Assembly: GCA_965279515.1 (NCBI GenBank)
Contig: CBDIID010000003.1
Location: 3,584,001 to 3,648,000, forward strand
Direction of reading: 5' to 3'
Source of the DNA: Turneriella sp.
GTDB taxonomy: Bacteria > Spirochaetota > Leptospiria > Turneriellales > Turneriellaceae
Length of the DNA stretch: 64,000 bases
Shown here: positions 38,197-48,542 of the stretch, one piece after another
Numbering within the stretch: the first letter of the stretch is position 1
How the letters are laid out: each line of letters starts with the position of its first letter
The notes under the pieces: model-generated
Database searches by the model: none
Seen by the model: the letters and a program-made list of their open reading frames with translations, nothing else
What the model was told of the DNA's origin: nothing
Translations under genes and position numbers: made by a program

Positions 38197-39590
38197 ACTC
38201 GATCGAGAAAAAATTTCACCGGCTCACGAAAGAAAGTTATCCGCGGCTCGTGGCCCTGATCCAGAAGCTCTGCGAGGGCCGGCGTTTTATGCTGCTCAAG
38301 CGCGCGCTCCACGCACTGCATCCCACCTCGCTTGCGCTCTTGTGGGATTCCTTTGATGAGAGCGAGCGCGAAATTATTCTCAGCCAGCTTTCGAGTGAGT
38401 ATGCCGCCGAATTTCTGACGGAGCTGGGCTCAGACGAGCGGACGGCGATTTTCCGCAGCAAAGACACGGCATGGATTTTTGATCGTCTTGAGGAGCTCGA
38501 AACCGACGACATTGCGGGAATTCTGCGCGATTTAAGCCCGCGCGATACAAATTTTATCCTGCGCCGTTTTGATAAAAATTATACCGGCAAAATCCAGGAG
38601 ATCCTGAAATACCCTGAAGGCTCTGCCGGCGCGCTGATGACCTCCGATTTTCTCGCGGTAAGCCGGCAGGCGACGGTCAAGTCGATTGTCAGCCAGTTCC
38701 AGAAACTCGTCAAACACGACCAGTTGGAGGACCTGCAGTTCACCTTCGTCGTCGACCGCGACAATAAATTCCTGGGCTATATTCCGCTCAGGAAACTCAT
38801 TCTCGAAAAATCATCGCGCAAGGCACAGGATATTATGCAGCCTGCACAGGTGATGGTGAACCCCGGTGAAGACCAGGAAGCTGTTGCCCAGATTTTCAAG
38901 GATTATAACCTGTTGAGTTTGCCCGTCGTGGACTCGCGCGGTATTTTGCTCGGGCAGATCACTGTCGACGACGTGGTCGACGTACTCGAAGAAGAGGCCA
39001 CGGAAGATATTCTGCGCCTCGGGGGCGTCACGCAAGATGCGCCGCATGCGCAGTCGCTGGGCAGTATGGCGCGCGGCCGCCTGCCATGGCTCGCGATCAA
39101 TCTTGGCACGCAGGTCTTTGCTGCCTGGGTGGTGACTTTTTTCGACGATACCCTGTCCAAAGTGATTCTGCTGGCGCCGCTCATGACGATCATCGGTGGC
39201 CAGGGCGGCAATGCGACGATGCAGTCGGTGACGGTTGTCGTGCGCTCTCTTGCCCTGGGGCAGGTCAATTCACAGAATGCCGCGCGTGTGATTCTAAAAG
39301 AAATCGGTGTCTGCTCGCTGAATGGCACGCTGATTGGCACACTCGCGGCGCTGGTCGTTTTTGCCTACACGCAGAAGATCCTGCTGGCATCATGTATTTT
39401 CATCGGCATGGTATGCAATACCTTTGTCGCCGGTGTGGTCGGCGCCATGCTGCCCTTGGGGTTGAAGGCGATTAAAATAGACCCGGCTCTGGCGTCGGGG
39501 CCGATTGCCACGACCTTCACCGATATCTGCGGTTTTTCGGTTTTTTTAGGGATTGCAACTGTATTTTTGCATAAATTCGGATCGTTATGA
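38193..39590 (+). CDS. mgtE: Magnesium transporter MgtE
   Basis: YPEGSAGALMT, CBS pair, RLPWL, GGNATMQS and DPALASGP..TTFTD motifs. Confidence 0.95.
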   Translation: MNSIEKKFHRLTKESYPRLVALIQKLCEGRRFMLLKRALHALHPTSLALLWDSFDESEREIILSQLSSEYAAEFLTELGSDERTAIFRSKDTAWIFDRLEELETDDIAGILRDLSPRDTNFILRRFDKNYTGKIQEILKYPEGSAGALMTSDFLAVSRQATVKSIVSQFQKLVKHDQLEDLQFTFVVDRDNKFLGYIPLRKLILEKSSRKAQDIMQPAQVMVNPGEDQEAVAQIFKDYNLLSLPVVDSRGILLGQITVDDVVDVLEEEATEDILRLGGVTQDAPHAQSLGSMARGRLPWLAINLGTQVFAAWVVTFFDDTLSKVILLAPLMTIIGGQGGNATMQSVTVVVRSLALGQVNSQNAARVILKEIGVCSLNGTLIGTLAALVVFAYTQKILLASCIFIGMVCNTFVAGVVGAMLPLGLKAIKIDPALASGPIATTFTDICGFSVFLGIATVFLHKFGSL

Positions 39591-40348
39591 GCGTGCTCGA
39601 TAAAATTACGGCAGAAAGTAAAAAACGCGCAGCGGTTTTGCCGCAAATCGCCCTGGTTCCGGAAATCAATCGCGTTGATTTCGCGGCTGCATTAAAGCGC
39701 CGGGGCAAAATGCCGCAGCTGATCGCCGAACTCAAGCGCAAGAGCCCGTCCAAAGGCACCCTGAAAGAAGGTTTGGCCGTTGCCGATGCGGTGAAACTTT
39801 ATGCTCCTTATGCGGCCGCCCTAAGTATTCTCACCGAGCCGGTGCACTTTATGGGTTCCATCGACGATCTCAAAGAAGCGCGAAAGCTGACGGATTTACC
39901 CCTGCTCCGTAAGGATTTTATCGTGGATACAAAGCAGATCGACGAAGCGCGTGGGGCGGGGGCCAGCAGTTTTCTGCTCATCGCCGCATCGCTCAGCGAC
40001 GCAGAACTTACCGCCTTCATCACGCATGGCCGCAGATTGGGCATGGAACCACTTGTCGAAGTATTGACCGAAGAAGAACTGCAGCGCTGCCTGAATCTGG
40101 ATATTAAAATCCTGGGAATCAACAACCGCAATCTGCACACACTGGAAATCGATATGAACCGCTGCGTTACACTTGCCGAAAAAATTCCTGCGCAGAAACG
40201 CGAAGAGCTGGTTCTGGTGGCCGAGTCGGGCTACAATACGCGCGAACAATTACTGGCACTGCCGCACTATTTTGACGCCGTTCTCATGGGCACAGGCTTC
40301 ATGCAGGAAAAAGAGCCTGCCGCGAAGCTCAAAGAAGTTTTCGGCTAG
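39587..40348 (+). CDS. trpC: Indole-3-glycerol phosphate synthase
   Basis: IAELKRKSPSKG, LRKDF, GINNRNL and VAESG motifs. Confidence 0.95.
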   Translation: MSVLDKITAESKKRAAVLPQIALVPEINRVDFAAALKRRGKMPQLIAELKRKSPSKGTLKEGLAVADAVKLYAPYAAALSILTEPVHFMGSIDDLKEARKLTDLPLLRKDFIVDTKQIDEARGAGASSFLLIAASLSDAELTAFITHGRRLGMEPLVEVLTEEELQRCLNLDIKILGINNRNLHTLEIDMNRCVTLAEKIPAQKREELVLVAESGYNTREQLLALPHYFDAVLMGTGFMQEKEPAAKLKEVFG

Positions 40349-40494
40349 CAGGCTCGCGGAAAAAACTACCGAAAAAGCGAAAAGCCTCGCGATTTGCTAC
40401 CGCAAATCGCTGCTAAAGCGGCCGAAACGGCCTGCTTTTCACTTTTTCGGTTCCGCGAGCCTGCTAAAGAGTTTCCTGAAAGGAAACTCTTTAG
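40346..40494. repeat. Nested intergenic palindrome plus a second hairpin between convergent genes
   Basis: TAGCAGGCTCGCGGAA (40346-40361) / TTCCGCGAGCCTGCTA (40451-40466) with inner stems; CTAAAGAGTTTCCT-GAA-AGGAAACTCTTTAG (40464-40494). Confidence 0.75.
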
Positions 40495-41228
40495 CTTTCA
40501 GAGCGAAAGTCCAGCTCGAGACCGATGTCGTCGTCGCGCACGAAGCCGTCGGGGTTGATGCCGCGCACACTCTTGAAATTTTCAGTGAACGGTATTTCGA
40601 TGCGCGCGAGTGATTTGCCGTCGACCATGCCAACGCGGAAAAGTGCCGGGTTGATATTTTCAGCCTTGAGCAGTACTAAATTCATCACGAGGCCCAAACC
40701 CTCGCCTTCGGTGTTGTCGGCGTTTTTCATATAGAACGTCGCGAGATCGTCGTAGGTGGCGCCTTCGGCAAGTTTCATGCGTATACGTTCTTCGTCGGTG
40801 GGTAAGATGTCGGCGTCGTTGCGTACTTCAACGCGCATGCCGTCATCGTTATGCGTGAATGCCACCGAGACTTCCATGCCGCGTTGTTTTGCCTTGCGGC
40901 CGTATTCGAGAATCCAGCTTTCGGAAAGCAGTTTTTTGAGGCGTTTCATACCCTCGATATAATCTTCGCGTTCGTTGAATTTCAGCCCTTGCTCTTCAAA
41001 GAATACCTTTTTCGCATTGGCTTTGGTCGCATTGACAACGACTTCTTTGACGCATGAATAGAGCGCAGCTTGTAACGAGGCTTTACCGTATTTTTCGAGG
41101 ATTTTCGCGATCAGGAAGTCGATCTGTTTTTCGACGTTGTCCGTCAGGGAGTGGGTAACGAGCACAAACTTGCGGCCCGCTGCGACACCTGTAACGATCT
41201 GGTCTGTACTTCCGGTTGTGCCCGCCAT
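40491..41228 (-). CDS. GHKL/HATPase-like protein (RsbW-like kinase candidate)
   Basis: N-box-like KEVVVNATKAN and G-box-like EGEGLGL. Confidence 0.6.
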   Translation of the reverse strand: MAGTTGSTDQIVTGVAAGRKFVLVTHSLTDNVEKQIDFLIAKILEKYGKASLQAALYSCVKEVVVNATKANAKKVFFEEQGLKFNEREDYIEGMKRLKKLLSESWILEYGRKAKQRGMEVSVAFTHNDDGMRVEVRNDADILPTDEERIRMKLAEGATYDDLATFYMKNADNTEGEGLGLVMNLVLLKAENINPALFRVGMVDGKSLARIEIPFTENFKSVRGINPDGFVRDDDIGLELDFRSES

Positions 41229-41263
41229 CGCCCAGTAGATGCGCTTACCCCGGCGCCGTCAAG

Positions 41264-41959
41264 TTAAAGACCGCCGAACTTACGCTTGCGGCGGGCGAAT
41301 TCAAAGATCGCCGCGTCGACGTCGTCTTCGGCAAAATCGGGCCAGGTCTTATCAGTGAAGTAGAGCTCGGCATAGGCGGCCTGGTAGAGCATAAAATTTG
41401 AGAGCCGCAGTTCCCCCGCGGTGCGCACGAGCAGATCGACGTCGGGCAGCTCGCCCTGCCAGAAATACTTACGGAATTCCTTGGTCGAAGGTATTTTGAT
41501 TGTCCTTTTCGCCTGCTGGGCTGCAGCGAAAGCCGCTGCCGCACGGTGAATCTCATCGCGCGCGCCATAGTTGAGACAGAAGTTAGCCGTTAGTCGTCGC
41601 CCGCGCGCGGTCTTTACCATGGCGTCCGCCAAAAGCTCGCGGCTTTTTTTCGGTAAGCGCGAGATATCTCCGGAAGTGACAATCCGCACACCCTTCGCGA
41701 TCATCTTGTCGAGGCGCGTTGTAATGAATTCATTCAACAGCGTGAAGAGCGCCGAAATTTCGGGCCGTGGCCTGGCCCAGTTCTCGGTTGAGAATGCATA
41801 GAGGCTGACATAGGGAATTTTTATTTTTACCAGGTGGTCGAGTAACCGATCGACGGTTTCGGTACCGGCGCGGTGGCCTTCGCTGCGTTTTTTGCCGCGG
41901 GCTTCGGCCCAGCGGCCATTGCCGTCCATGATGACGGCAATATGTTTCGGTTTCTTCAA
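41264..41959 (-). CDS. uppS: Undecaprenyl diphosphate synthase
   Basis: HIAVIMDGNGRWA, YAFSTENW and RTAGELRLSNF motifs. Confidence 0.96.
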   Translation of the reverse strand: MKKPKHIAVIMDGNGRWAEARGKKRSEGHRAGTETVDRLLDHLVKIKIPYVSLYAFSTENWARPRPEISALFTLLNEFITTRLDKMIAKGVRIVTSGDISRLPKKSRELLADAMVKTARGRRLTANFCLNYGARDEIHRAAAAFAAAQQAKRTIKIPSTKEFRKYFWQGELPDVDLLVRTAGELRLSNFMLYQAAYAELYFTDKTWPDFAEDDVDAAIFEFARRKRKFGGL

Positions 41960-42519
41960 ACCGTCATGATGTCTTTTTCTTTGGAAGTAAAAAGATCATC
42001 CATTTTTTTGATGTAGTCGTCGGTGTGTTTTTGCACCTGATCGGAGAAACCCTTGAGCTGGTCGTCGCTGACGCCGCCGCCTTTGAGTTTTTTCAGCGTA
42101 TCGTTGGCATCGCGGCGCACGTTGCGCACGGCAACTTTATAATCTTCGACTTTGCCCTTGGCAAGTTTAACCATCTCTTTGCGCGTCTCGCCCGACATTT
42201 CGGCGAGGTTAATACGAATCAGTGAGCCGTCGTTCGAGGGGTTGATATTTTTTCCCGATTTCTGTATTGCTTTTTCCACGGCCTGCAGCTGTGACTTATC
42301 CCAGACATCGATGGTGATGAGCCGCGCTTCGGGAGCAGAAATCGATGCGACCTGGTTCAGGGGCATGTTCTGGCCATAGACCTCAACCCGGATATCCTCT
42401 ACCAACGAGGGTGTTGCCCTGCCTGAACGAATCTGGGCCATCTGGTGCCCGAGATCGTCGAGGCTCTTCTGCATGCGGTTTTTCGCGTCGCCGATGATTT
42501 TATTCGCTTCGTCACTCAT
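41956..42519 (-). CDS. frr: Ribosome recycling factor
   Basis: [14 protein letters not shown] and [12 protein letters not shown] motifs. Confidence 0.96.
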   Translation of the reverse strand: MSDEANKIIGDAKNRMQKSLDDLGHQMAQIRSGRATPSLVEDIRVEVYGQNMPLNQVASISAPEARLITIDVWDKSQLQAVEKAIQKSGKNINPSNDGSLIRINLAEMSGETRKEMVKLAKGKVEDYKVAVRNVRRDANDTLKKLKGGGVSDDQLKGFSDQVQKHTDDYIKKMDDLFTSKEKDIMTV

Positions 42520-43294
42520 AGAATACGCTGTCTCCTGTGGCGTCGATCAGGGTACCAATAGCTTCTCCCTGAACGGCTTTTTTGAGGTTACCCTCTTTAC
42601 CCATATCAAAAACCTGAATCGGCATCTTATTGTCGAGACAAAGCGAGAACGCCGTGGAGTCCATGACCTTGAGCTGCTGCACCAGCGCGTCTTTGAAGCT
42701 CAGGTGTTTGTAGCGTTTCGCCCCCGGGTTTTTTACGGGGTCGGAATCATAGACGCCGTCGACCTTAGTTGCCTTAAAGATGACATCCGCATCGAGTTCG
42801 ACGGCGCGCAGGGCAGCCGTCGTGTCGGTGGTGAAGTAGGGGTTACCCGTGCCCCCCGCGAGAATTACAATGCGTTTTTTTTCGAGGTGGCGAATCGCCT
42901 TACGGCGGATGAACGGCTCAGCGACCGACTTAATTTCAATCGCAGTCTGCAGCCGTGTGGTTAAACCTTCTTTTTCGAGAAAATCCTGGAGTGCGAGGCC
43001 GTTGATGACGGTGGCCATCATGCCCATGTAGTCGGCAATCGCGCGGTCCATACCGTCTGACGCCGCCGAAACACCGCGGAAAATATTGCCGCCGCCGATG
43101 ACAATGGCCATTTCAATGCCGCCGGTTTCGCGGTGGATCTCGCGGATCTCTTCGGCGAGACCACGGATAATTTTGACGTTGATACCTTGTTTGTCTTCAC
43201 CGGCGAGAACTTCGCCCGAGAGCTTCAAAACGACACGCCGAAAAGCCCTCCCCTCGGTATTTCCGCGGGCGGGTTTTTCTGCTGCGTTTGCCAT
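42512..43294 (-). CDS. pyrH: UMP kinase
   Basis: [14 protein letters not shown] and [17 protein letters not shown] motifs. Confidence 0.97.
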   Translation of the reverse strand: MANAAEKPARGNTEGRAFRRVVLKLSGEVLAGEDKQGINVKIIRGLAEEIREIHRETGGIEMAIVIGGGNIFRGVSAASDGMDRAIADYMGMMATVINGLALQDFLEKEGLTTRLQTAIEIKSVAEPFIRRKAIRHLEKKRIVILAGGTGNPYFTTDTTAALRAVELDADVIFKATKVDGVYDSDPVKNPGAKRYKHLSFKDALVQQLKVMDSTAFSLCLDNKMPIQVFDMGKEGNLKKAVQGEAIGTLIDATGDSVFYE

Positions 43295-43295
43295 A

Positions 43296-43886
43296 TTACT
43301 TCAGTGCGTAGCGGACGAAACGGCCGACAGCGATATTTTCGCCGAGCGTTGCGATCGATGCCTTGATGATATCGCCGACAGTTTTTTCGGGTTCTTTGAC
43401 AAACCCCTGATCGAGCAGGCAGATGTCTGCGGCAAATTTTTTCATTTTGCCTTCGAGAATCTTGTCGACCTTATCGGCGGGTTTGCCTTCTTCGATGAGT
43501 GCCGCGCGTTGTAATTCGCGTTCTTTTTCGATCAGTTCGGGCGAAACCTCTTCTGCTTTCACAAACAGTGGGTTCGTTGCGGCGATGTGCATCGCGATGT
43601 TTTTACCGAGTTCGATAAACTTTTCGTTGCGCGCCACAAAGTCGGTTTCGCAGTTGAGCTGCACGAGTACACCGATCTTGCCGTTGTGGTGCACATACGA
43701 CACGATCGCGCCTTCAGACGCTTCGCGGTCCATTTTTTTCACGGCTTTGACGATACCGCGTTCGCGCAAGAGCGAAGCCGCTTTTTCGAGGTCGCCGTTG
43801 GTCTCTTCGAGAACTTTTTTACAGTCGAGAATCCCCGCGGCGGTCATCTCGCGGAGAGTTTTTATTTTTTCCTGATCTATTGCCAT
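43296..43886 (-). CDS. tsf: Elongation factor Ts (short type)
   Basis: [23 protein letters not shown] and LGENI motifs. Confidence 0.96.
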   Translation of the reverse strand: MAIDQEKIKTLREMTAAGILDCKKVLEETNGDLEKAASLLRERGIVKAVKKMDREASEGAIVSYVHHNGKIGVLVQLNCETDFVARNEKFIELGKNIAMHIAATNPLFVKAEEVSPELIEKERELQRAALIEEGKPADKVDKILEGKMKKFAADICLLDQGFVKEPEKTVGDIIKASIATLGENIAVGRFVRYALK

Positions 43887-43904
43887 GCTGATTTCGCCTT
43901 GAAA

Positions 43905-44720
43905 TTACGGAGTGCGTGCTTCTTCGTAGCGCTGTTCGATTTCTTCGAGGTCGTCGAGTTTTTCCATAGAAGTTTTGAGCTCGTTTTCGTCCATGCTCTC
44001 GCCTTCTTCGATTTCAACCTGCTGGAACTCCCCGCCTTCTTTGCCTTCTTCAATCGCGTTTGCCATGATCTCAAGGAACAGGGCTACAGCGCGGATCGCG
44101 TCATCGTTCGCGGGAATCGGGTGCTGGATAAGGTCGGGATTGCAGTTGGTATCGACCATCGCAAAGATCGGGATACCGAGAGTGTTCGCTTCTTTCACAG
44201 CGATCGTTTCACGCTCCGGGTCGACGACAAAGAGCGCGTCGGGCAGGTCGTTCATATCGCGGATACCCGAGAGGTCTTTGCGCAGGCGCGCGACTTCACG
44301 GTCGAGTTGCAGAATCTCTTTCTTCGTTTTTACAATTTCGTGTACGGTATTGGTTTCGAACGCCTCTTCGAGTTTACGCAGGCGCTGGATCGATTGTTTT
44401 ACCGTGCGGAAGTTGGTGAGAAGACCACCGAGCCAGCGGTTGCTGATGTAAAACATGCCGCAGCGTTTTGCCGATTTTTCGATATCAGCCTGTGCTTGTT
44501 TTTTGGTACCTACAAAAAGTACCTTGCCGCCTTTTGAGGCGAGGTCCCGCATGGCTTCGTACGCATCTTTCGCGAGTACGATCGTCTTTTGCAGGTTGAG
44601 AATGTGGATGCCGTTACGGGCAGTGAAGATATATTTTTTCATCTTCGGGTTCCAGCGGCGGGTCTGATGCCCGAAGTGAACCCCAGCCTCTAAGAGGCTT
44701 TTCATCGAAATGGTTGCCAT
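43905..44720 (-). CDS. rpsB: 30S ribosomal protein S2
   Basis: [28 protein letters not shown] and PANDDAIR motifs. Confidence 0.98.
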   Translation of the reverse strand: MATISMKSLLEAGVHFGHQTRRWNPKMKKYIFTARNGIHILNLQKTIVLAKDAYEAMRDLASKGGKVLFVGTKKQAQADIEKSAKRCGMFYISNRWLGGLLTNFRTVKQSIQRLRKLEEAFETNTVHEIVKTKKEILQLDREVARLRKDLSGIRDMNDLPDALFVVDPERETIAVKEANTLGIPIFAMVDTNCNPDLIQHPIPANDDAIRAVALFLEIMANAIEEGKEGGEFQQVEIEEGESMDENELKTSMEKLDDLEEIEQRYEEARTP

Positions 44721-44914
44721 TTTAACTCCTAAGCTGTATTAAACAGCCTATAAATCCCTGGGCTGCGCCCGCCTCTGGTTCGGCACGGGAGATTTACCAG
44801 CCGGGTTTTTTCAAACCCGTTAGCGTCAGAAACTATATTTCAGACAGCCTGTCATGTTTTTTTGAACTTAGGGGCCTCGATACCGTCAAATTCATATCCA
44901 TTAGGGGGATTACC

Positions 44915-45661
44915 TTGTCCGCAAAATTCTATCCGCACTTTCTCATTCTTTCTTTTATACTCTCAGCCTGCAGTTCCAGTAAAGGAGCCTACCGTAGCGA
45001 GGCCTCGGGTGGCGACGGCGCGCAACTGGCCGCCTCACGGGGGCAGGGCGAGCGCGAAGCGGGTGAAAAAGACGGCACGGGCGCCATGGCGCCGGGAGCG
45101 ACTGCGCCCAAGAGTGCCATCCTCATCTACAACGCGACACTTTCGCTCGAAGCGACAGAGAGTGAGGTTAAGACCCTGACCGGCCAGATTGTCGACAAGG
45201 TCAAGGGGCAGGGCGGCTATCTTTCGCAGCGCTCTTCCAATTCGCTGACCGTGCGCGTACCGGCGAAGGAATTTACCGCCGCCAACGATTTTATCCGCAC
45301 CCTCGCCAAGGTGAAGTACGAGAACTCGACTGCGCAGGACATCACGATGCAGTACTCCGATCTTTCGATTCGCCTCGACGTGCAGCTGAAGATGCTCGCG
45401 CGTTACCAGGACCTGCTGAAAAAAGCGAACTCGGTTAAGGACGCGGTTGAGGTGGAGCGCGAACTTTCACGCATCACGGAGCGGGTCGAGCAGCTGAAGG
45501 GGCAGATTCGGTATTATGACAGCCAGGTTGCTTATTCCACGATCACGGTAAATTTTCAGGAACCGTATACGGCCTTCAACAAAGAGACCAAACCGGGGCC
45601 GCTGGGTTGGGTGTTCTATGGTCTCTATGTCGGTGTCAAATGGCTCTTTGTTTGGGATTAG
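44915..45661 (+). CDS. DUF4349-family lipoprotein
   Basis: Lipobox LSAC; TVRVPA, DITMQYSDL..RL and VAYSTITV motifs; C-terminal TM helix. Confidence 0.85.
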   Translation: MSAKFYPHFLILSFILSACSSSKGAYRSEASGGDGAQLAASRGQGEREAGEKDGTGAMAPGATAPKSAILIYNATLSLEATESEVKTLTGQIVDKVKGQGGYLSQRSSNSLTVRVPAKEFTAANDFIRTLAKVKYENSTAQDITMQYSDLSIRLDVQLKMLARYQDLLKKANSVKDAVEVERELSRITERVEQLKGQIRYYDSQVAYSTITVNFQEPYTAFNKETKPGPLGWVFYGLYVGVKWLFVWD

Positions 45662-45813
45662 ATACCCATGTTCTGAAGAGATCGGTAGGGTTTGGACGCA
45701 GCTTGTAAATGTTGTTGTGCGAAGCTGGCAATAAGTCGGTTAATCGGATTGTTTACAAGAGTCACCGGATAAAAATGACTTTACCATATAAGGATTTAAT
45801 ACTCGGATTACCT

Positions 45814-46194
45814 ATGAGATTACATATTGCAGGTATGATTTCTTTAACCTTTTTGTTTACTGGTTTTGTTGGGGCAGCCTCCCTAAAAGATGATCAAAAT
45901 AAACGCTGTTCCGTAACTAAAGAAAACCTTCGCAAAGCGGCGAAGGCTAGCTTCGAAGGATTGATCGCCTATGATCCAGGAAAGGATGTATACCTTGATC
46001 CAAAAGACTGCAAGCATGAGCCCATTGCGTGTGAGGATGACGGAAAAGACAGTATCGTTACCTTTCCTCTGACCTGCGGGTTGTTACATCATGCACCGAA
46101 TACACCTAAAGACAATACCTCTACAGGCGAGAAGCATTCCTTTAAAATTCGGGTTCGCGTAACTCCCGAAGGCAAAACCACCGTCCTGAAATAA
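45814..46194 (+). CDS. Small secreted Cys-rich hypothetical protein (paralog 1)
   Basis: Signal peptide MRLHIAG; aligns with 46203..46595. Confidence 0.65.
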   Translation: MRLHIAGMISLTFLFTGFVGAASLKDDQNKRCSVTKENLRKAAKASFEGLIAYDPGKDVYLDPKDCKHEPIACEDDGKDSIVTFPLTCGLLHHAPNTPKDNTSTGEKHSFKIRVRVTPEGKTTVLK

Positions 46195-46202
46195 GCAGCC
46201 GT

Positions 46203-46595
46203 ATGGGCTCAGGAAAAGCCTTGAACCTTTTAATAGTTTGGCATATTGCTTTAATGGGTACAGTTTTCCCGACGGCAAAGGAGAGAAAACCTGAGTCGCG
46301 ATTATGTTGTGGGATTACAGAAGAGCACTTGCATAAGACTGCCGATGTGGCTTTAGAGGCACTTGTTGCTTATGACCCGGGTGAGAACTTAATGCTCGAT
46401 GCAGATAATTGCAAATATCATGATATGAGTTGCGTGGCGGATGGAAAAGATAGTATTGTAAGCATCCCATTAAGCTGTAAACTGTTACATTCTTTTCCAA
46501 ACAGTCCAAAACATAAGACTCAAACAGGCAAGACTCATTCTTTCACAATTCGCATTAGAGTTACTCCAGAAGGTAGAATGACCATTTTGAAGTAG
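46203..46595 (+). CDS. Small secreted Cys-rich hypothetical protein (paralog 2)
   Basis: Shares AYDPG, DGKDSIV, HSF.IR.RVTPEG and the Cys spacing with paralog 1. Confidence 0.65.
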   Translation: MGSGKALNLLIVWHIALMGTVFPTAKERKPESRLCCGITEEHLHKTADVALEALVAYDPGENLMLDADNCKYHDMSCVADGKDSIVSIPLSCKLLHSFPNSPKHKTQTGKTHSFTIRIRVTPEGRMTILK

Positions 46596-46626
46596 AGTTC
46601 AGTCTTCATGCTGGCTGGGGCAGGGC

Positions 46627-46732
46627 ATCTCTGGCGCGTACGGCCGCGATGAGCGAAGTGAATCTCCCCTTAGGGAAAGTACGCGAGCACCAAATGGCCC
46701 ATAGCGAGCGCAGCAGGTAATTATTGTTACAT
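46627..46732 (-). repeat. Partial copy of a structured attC-like repeat (family C)
   Basis: GGCCGCGATGAGCGAAG.GAA.CTCCCCTTAGGG and CGCAGCAGGTAA shared with 50064..50308. Confidence 0.75.
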
Positions 46733-46736
46733 GCCC

Positions 46737-47456
46737 TTAGCGTTGTATTGAATCGGCTTCGGTCACTGTTTCCTGAAGAAAAATAGAGCCTTTGCCGTCT
46801 TTGACGACCATTTTACCGCCTTTTGGCAGACCTTTGCCCCATTTGCCTTTTACTTCGATAAGTGCAGGCAGCCGATCATACTTTTGTAAGGACCCAAGAT
46901 ATGAAAGAAGACGTTCGTTTTTCTTGATAAAGTCATAAAAATCTTTGCGGATGACTCTTACGATATCAAATTTTAAGAGCAGCATGCCGTCGCCATCAGG
47001 CAAATTGTGTTGCCAAATGCCGTCATACGTGCAATAATCAACCGCAAAGCCTTCGTGTCTTGGAGGTACGGAGTTACCATCTTTATGGAACATCGCTTCA
47101 AATAGATCGCAGCTGCCTAAGATGCTTGTAAAGATCCCCTTTCCTGCCATCTCATCGTTTAGCCATTCGCCTATGTACCGGCCTCCACTGGAGAATATCT
47201 GCGTACCACGACCGTGGCGCTTGCCTTCAGACCAGTCTCCTGAATAGCCATACACCCTATCTTTTTTAAAAGCCTTTAGAGTCCCTTTACCATGAAATTT
47301 TTTATTTTGGAAATTTCCCTCATAATCGGAGCCATTCTTCAAGCTCAATCTGCCAAATCCATTTTCGCAATTTCCTTCACAGACTCCGGCTGCCGAAGTC
47401 AAACCTTGAGGGAACAGGAAAAATATGGTAATTAATTTTAGAAGGCTTCTGAGCAT
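46737..47456 (-). CDS. MORN-repeat secreted protein
   Basis: CEGNCENGFG; YEGNFQNKKFHGKG, YSGDWSEGKRHGRG and YIGEWLNDEMAGKG repeats. Confidence 0.88.
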   Translation of the reverse strand: MLRSLLKLITIFFLFPQGLTSAAGVCEGNCENGFGRLSLKNGSDYEGNFQNKKFHGKGTLKAFKKDRVYGYSGDWSEGKRHGRGTQIFSSGGRYIGEWLNDEMAGKGIFTSILGSCDLFEAMFHKDGNSVPPRHEGFAVDYCTYDGIWQHNLPDGDGMLLLKFDIVRVIRKDFYDFIKKNERLLSYLGSLQKYDRLPALIEVKGKWGKGLPKGGKMVVKDGKGSIFLQETVTEADSIQR

Positions 47457-47561
47457 AATAATTCCGCTAATGGCACACGACGTTGGATTTTACGCTGACG
47501 TTTTTTGATGCTTGTGTCAATTATTCAATCTGTAAAGTCGATTTGCGTCAAAAACTGTGGT

Positions 47562-47688
47562 CGTAGCGGCTCTGAAGGCAGAGACTCGCCTTCGGCTCGT
47601 CGCGCGACAAAGCACAAAATAATCAGCCCGCTTGCCGCTGGCAAGGCAACGCCTTGTGCTTTGTCAGCGATCTTGTGGCGCGTAGGGC
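47562..47688 (-). repeat. Partial copy of the structured repeat (family C)
   Basis: CTCTGAAGGCAGAGAC..CAAAGCAC..CCCGCTTGCCGCTGGCAAGGCAACGC..GTAGGGC shared with 50064..50190. Confidence 0.8.
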
Positions 47689-47863
47689 TGGGCCACAACG
47701 GATAACTTCTCGCAATTAGTATTCCAACACATGCCCCACCGTAAATAGACTTTACGCTTGATAGACCATGGGGTGCACAGCCTCGGTGGTAAGCCCTTGT
47801 GTTTTGTACCATAATCGCATACGCAAGACACCATAACTTTTTCATGCCTGCGCGGAGGCGTAA

Positions 47864-48541
47864 ATGCGTCTAGCGGCTTGGGCAAGTCTGTTGCTCGCGG
47901 AACTCCTGTTCATGGGTCATTTGGCAGCGATGAATCCGGAACCAGAAAAACCGACGCCTTCATCCCCACAGTCAGCAGCGAAACCCGAAGCCGTCCCCGG
48001 GGATTTTTGGCAGCGTGTTGAGGTTCATATCGGCGCGGGAGGCGGCTTTCACTTTGGCGCGAACAGCCTTTTCCGTTATGGAGTCAGCCTTTCCGAGTCC
48101 TTGGAATTCAGGTATGACAGGAATTTCGGTCTCTTTATCGGTTTTTCCTTCGGGCAACTGAATACAAAAAATGCCGAACTCATCGCGGGTAACTATTCGC
48201 TGAAGTTGGCTGAAGGTGGCGGCCTCAATCTCTTGTCTGCGCAGTTAGCGCCGCAATTCAGTTACTTTTTCGCCGACAAAATGCATGTGTCTCTAGCCGC
48301 CGGGGTTTCGCTCGTGCAACTTTATTCACGTGTATTCTATCCGGATGCGATTATTTCCGTTCTTGTTATTCCCGCCTTTTGGTATGAAGCTGCCGACAGA
48401 CTCGAATTAGGCGGTCGGGTAGCGATAAGTTATGGGAAGCTGAGCGGGGTCAGTGCCAATGGATCGGATTTGACGCTGACGAAAAGTGTTACGGTTTTAG
48501 ATATTGCCCTGATACTGGGAGCCCGCTACAGAATAAAATAG
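47864..48541 (+). CDS. Outer-membrane beta-barrel protein
   Basis: Signal peptide, Pro-rich linker, strands ending LGARYRIK. Confidence 0.7.
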   Translation: MRLAAWASLLLAELLFMGHLAAMNPEPEKPTPSSPQSAAKPEAVPGDFWQRVEVHIGAGGGFHFGANSLFRYGVSLSESLEFRYDRNFGLFIGFSFGQLNTKNAELIAGNYSLKLAEGGGLNLLSAQLAPQFSYFFADKMHVSLAAGVSLVQLYSRVFYPDAIISVLVIPAFWYEAADRLELGGRVAISYGKLSGVSANGSDLTLTKSVTVLDIALILGARYRIK

Positions 48542-48542
48542 C

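Noticed and set aside
43296..43886. EF-Ts as a truncated gene
   Set aside because: A short EF-Ts of about 200 aa is a known normal form in several phyla.
43587..44537. 316-aa plus-strand ORF and many similar antisense ORFs
   Set aside because: They are shadows of well-supported opposite-strand genes (here rpsB/tsf) with no recognisable motifs.
44721..44830. rpsB leader RNA structure
   Set aside because: Plausible by position, but I cannot match the conserved motif from the sequence alone.
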